Source of the DNA: the human T2T-CHM13v2.0 reference genome, Homo sapiens
DNA length: 64,000 bases
Reading direction: 5' to 3' (one strand)
NCBI RefSeq assembly: GCF_009914755.1
Contig: NC_060929.1
A model generated the notes under the pieces. It saw only the letters and a list, made by a program, of their open reading frames with translations, did no database searches and was not told the origin of the DNA. This document shows, piece by piece, positions 60,553-64,000 of the stretch (positions are counted from its first letter, which is position 1; each line of letters begins with the position of its first letter). Position numbers and translations under genes: made by a program.

Positions 60553-63500
60553 TGCATCAGGATCTTTTAATAGAAGAATGGATCAAGCAGAAGGAAGAAT
60601 CAGTGAGCTTGGAGACAGGCTATTTGAAAATATACTGTCAGAGCAGACAAGAGAAAAAAGAATTAGAAACAATAAAGCATGCCTAGAATATCTAGAAAAT
60701 AGCCTCAAAAGGGCAAATCTAAGAGCTATTGGCTTTAAAGAGGAGGTAGAGAAAGAAATAGAGATAGAAAGTTTACTCAAAGGAATAATAATAGAGAAGT
60801 TTACAAACCTAGAAGAAGATATCAACATCCAAGTACAAGAAGGTAATAGAACACCAAACAATTGACTCAAAGAAGAGTACCTCAAGATGTTTAATAATTG
60901 AACTCCCAAAGTTCAAGAATGATGAAAGGATCCTAAAAGTGGAAAGAGAAAAGAAACAAATATCATACAACTGAGATCCAATGTGACTGACAGCAGAATT
61001 TTCAGTGGAAACTTCACAGGCCAGGAGAAAGTGGCATGGTTTATTTAAAGAGTGAAAGGAAAATAACTTTTAACCTAGAATAGTATAACTGGTAAAATTA
61101 TCCTTCAAACATGAAGAAGAAATAAAGACTTTCCCAAACAAGCAAAAGCTGAGAGATTTCATCAACACCAGACTTATCTTACAAGAAATGCTAAAGGGAG
61201 TACTTCAGTCAGAAAATAAAGGATGTTAATAAGTAATAGGTAATTACCTGAAGGTACAAAACTCACTAGTAATAGTAACTACAAAGAAAAACACAGAATA
61301 TTATAATACTGTAACTCTGGTGTGTAAACTACTCATATCTTATGTAGGAAGACTAATGGATGAACCAATAAAAAAATAATAACTAAAGTAACTTTTCAAG
61401 ATGGAGAGAGTACAATAAGTTATAAATAGTGACAACAAAAAGTCAAAAAGTGGGAGAATTAAGTTAAGGTATAGAGTCTTTATTTGTTTCCTTTTTGCTT
61501 CTTTACCTGTTTATTTTTGCAAACGGTGTTGTTATCTGGTTAAAATAATGGGTTATAAGATAGTATTTGCAAGCCTCATGGTAACCTCAAACCAAAGAAC
61601 ATACAATGGTAACAAAAAAAATAAAAAGCAAAAAAACTAAATTATGTCACCAGGTAAAACCACCCTTACTGAAAGAAAGACAGGAAGGAAAGAAAGAAGA
61701 AAGAGAATACCATAAAACAACCAGAAAACAATAACAAAATGGCAGGAGTAAGTTCTTACTTATCAATAATAGCATTGAATATAAATGGATAAACTCTCCA
61801 ATCAAAAGACATAGAGTGGCTGACTGGATAAAAAACAAGATTCATAATGTGTTGCCAACAAAAAACACATGTCACCTATAAAGACACACATAGACTAAAA
61901 ATAAAGAGATGGAAAAAGACATTCCATGCCAATAGAAACCGTAAAAGTGCAGGAGTAGCTACCTTTGTATCATACAAAGTAAATTTCAAAACAAAAACCA
62001 TAAGAGCAAAGAATGTCACTATATAGTGATAAACGAGTCAGTTCAGCAAGAGGATATTACAATTGTAAATATATATGTACCCAACACTGGAGCACTCAGA
62101 TATAGAAAGCGAATATTATTAGAACTAAAAATAGAGGTAGACACCAATAAATAGCAGGAGACTTCAACACCCCACTTTGAGCATTGGACAGATCTTCCAG
62201 ACAGAAAATAATAAAAAAATCAGATTTACTCTGCACTATAGACCAAATGAATCTCATAGATATTTACAGAACATTTCCTCCAACATCTGCAGAATACGTA
62301 TATTTTTCCTCAGCACATGGATCATTCTCAAGGATAGAACATATGTTAGGTTACAAAACAAGTCTTGTAACATTCAAAAAAATTGAAATATCTTCTCTGA
62401 CTGCAATGAAATAAAAGTAGAAATCAATAGCAAGAGGAATTTTGGAAACTATAAATACATGAAAACTAAACAACATGCTCCTGAATGACCAGTGGTCAAT
62501 GAAGAAATTGAGAAGGAAATTGAAAAGTTTCTTTAAACAAATGATAATGGAACCATAATACACCAAAACCTATGGGATAGGAAAAGCACTACTAAGAGGA
62601 ATTTGTATAGCTATAGGGCCTATATTAAAAAAAGAAAAGTTTCAAATTAACAACCTAGTGATGAATCTTAAAGAACTAGAAAAGCAAGAGCAACCAAACC
62701 CTAAATTACTAGAAAAAATAAATAATAAAGATCATAGCATAAATAAATGAAGTTGAAATGAAAAAAATACAGAAGATTAATAAAACAAAAAGCTGATGCT
62801 TTGAAAAGATTAACAAAATTGACAAACCTTTTGCCAAATGGAGAGAAACCCATATAAATAAAATCAGAGATTAAAAAAAAGACATCACAACTGATACCAT
62901 TGAAATTCAAAGGATCATTCATTAGTGGCTACTCTGAGCAATGCTATGCCAATAAGTTCGAAAATCTAGAAGAAACTGATAAACTCTTAGACATATACAA
63001 CCTACTAAGATTGAACCAGAAAGACATTAACATGTGAACCACACCCAAACAAGTAACAAGATTGAAGCTGTAATAAAAAGTCTCCAAGTAAAGAAAAACC
63101 TGGGACCTGATGGCTTCACTACTGAATTCTATCAAACATATAAAGAATTAGTACTAATCCTACTCAAACTTTTCTGAAAAATAGAGGAAGAGGGAATACT
63201 TCCAAACTAATCTACACTGCCAGTATTGCCCTGATACCAAAACCAGACAAGACAGCAACAAAAAAAAAAAAAAAAAAAAAAGAAAGAAAGAAAAGAAAAA
63301 GAAAACTACAGGCCAGTATTCCCAATGAATATTGATGCAGAAATTCTCAATAAAATATTAGGATACTGAATTCAACAATACACTGAAAAGGTCATTTATT
63401 ATGACCAAGTGGGATTTATCCCCAAGATGCAAGGATGGTTCAACATATGCAAATCAGGGTCATATATCATATCAGCAGAATGAAGGACAAAAAGTATATG

Positions 63501-63930
63501 AACATTTAAATTGATACTGAAGAAGTGTTTGATAAAATTTAACATCCTTCATGATAAAAACCCTCAAAAAACTAGGTATAGAAATAATATACCTCAACAT
63601 AGTGAAAGCCATATATGACAAACCCACAGCTAGTATCATACTAAATGGTAAAAAAATGAAAGCCTTTCCTTTATGATCTGGAACATGACAAGAATGCCTA
63701 CTTTCACCACTGTTATTCAACATAGTACTGGAAATTCTAGCTAGAACAATCAGACAAGTAAAAGATATAAAGGGCATCTAAATTGGAAAGGAAAAAGTCA
63801 AATTACCCTTGTTTGCAGATGTGATCTTATATTTGAAAAAGCCTAAAGACTTCACAAGAAAACTGTTAGAACTAATAAACAAATTCAGTAAAGTTGCAGG
63901 CCACGAAATTTCCATATAAAAATCAGCAGG
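60553..63930 (+). mobile_element. Continuation of the old host L1 (ORF1 C-terminal half, ORF2 endonuclease and RT)
   Basis: ORF 60578-60865 DQAEGRISEL..LENSLKRANLR; 62184-62414 LIDIYRTF; 'ttgtttgcagatg' (LFAD) near 63810. Confidence 0.9.
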
Positions 63931-63932
63931 AC

Positions 63933-64000
63933 TTTTTTTTTATTTTTATTTTTTATTATTATTATTTTTTTTGAGATGGAGTCTCGCTCTGTTGCCCTGG
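63933..64000 (-). mobile_element. Alu 3' end, cut by the window edge
   Basis: T-rich tail followed by 'gagatggagtctcgctctgttgccc'. Confidence 0.9.

Overview
AT-rich, repeat-dense primate (human/ape-like) intronic or intergenic DNA. I cannot support any host protein-coding exon or functional RNA gene; the long ORFs in the track come from LINE-1, Alu or mitochondrial pseudogene sequence. The centrepiece is an ancient NUMT (ND5 3' end, ND6, tRNA-Glu, complete CYTB, tRNA-Thr, tRNA-Pro; about 32472-40441) that keeps ancestral, non-human character states. It is split inside ND6 by a 5.6-kb L1PA5-like element whose perfect 15-bp TSD also encloses a ~145-bp LTR fragment, i.e. a 3' transduction. Other structures are a twin-primed (5'-inverted) old L1 with a candidate transduction, a third candidate transduction, an L1-in-L1 nest with a junction deletion, an AluYd-type element, a CR1/L3 reverse-transcriptase fossil, and ordinary Alu, MIR, L2, MLT, MER and Tigger copies. 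I found no evidence of a new biological system; the interest is retrotransposition mechanics and molecular palaeontology. Subfamily names are from recalled consensus sequences and need RepeatMasker/Dfam confirmation.
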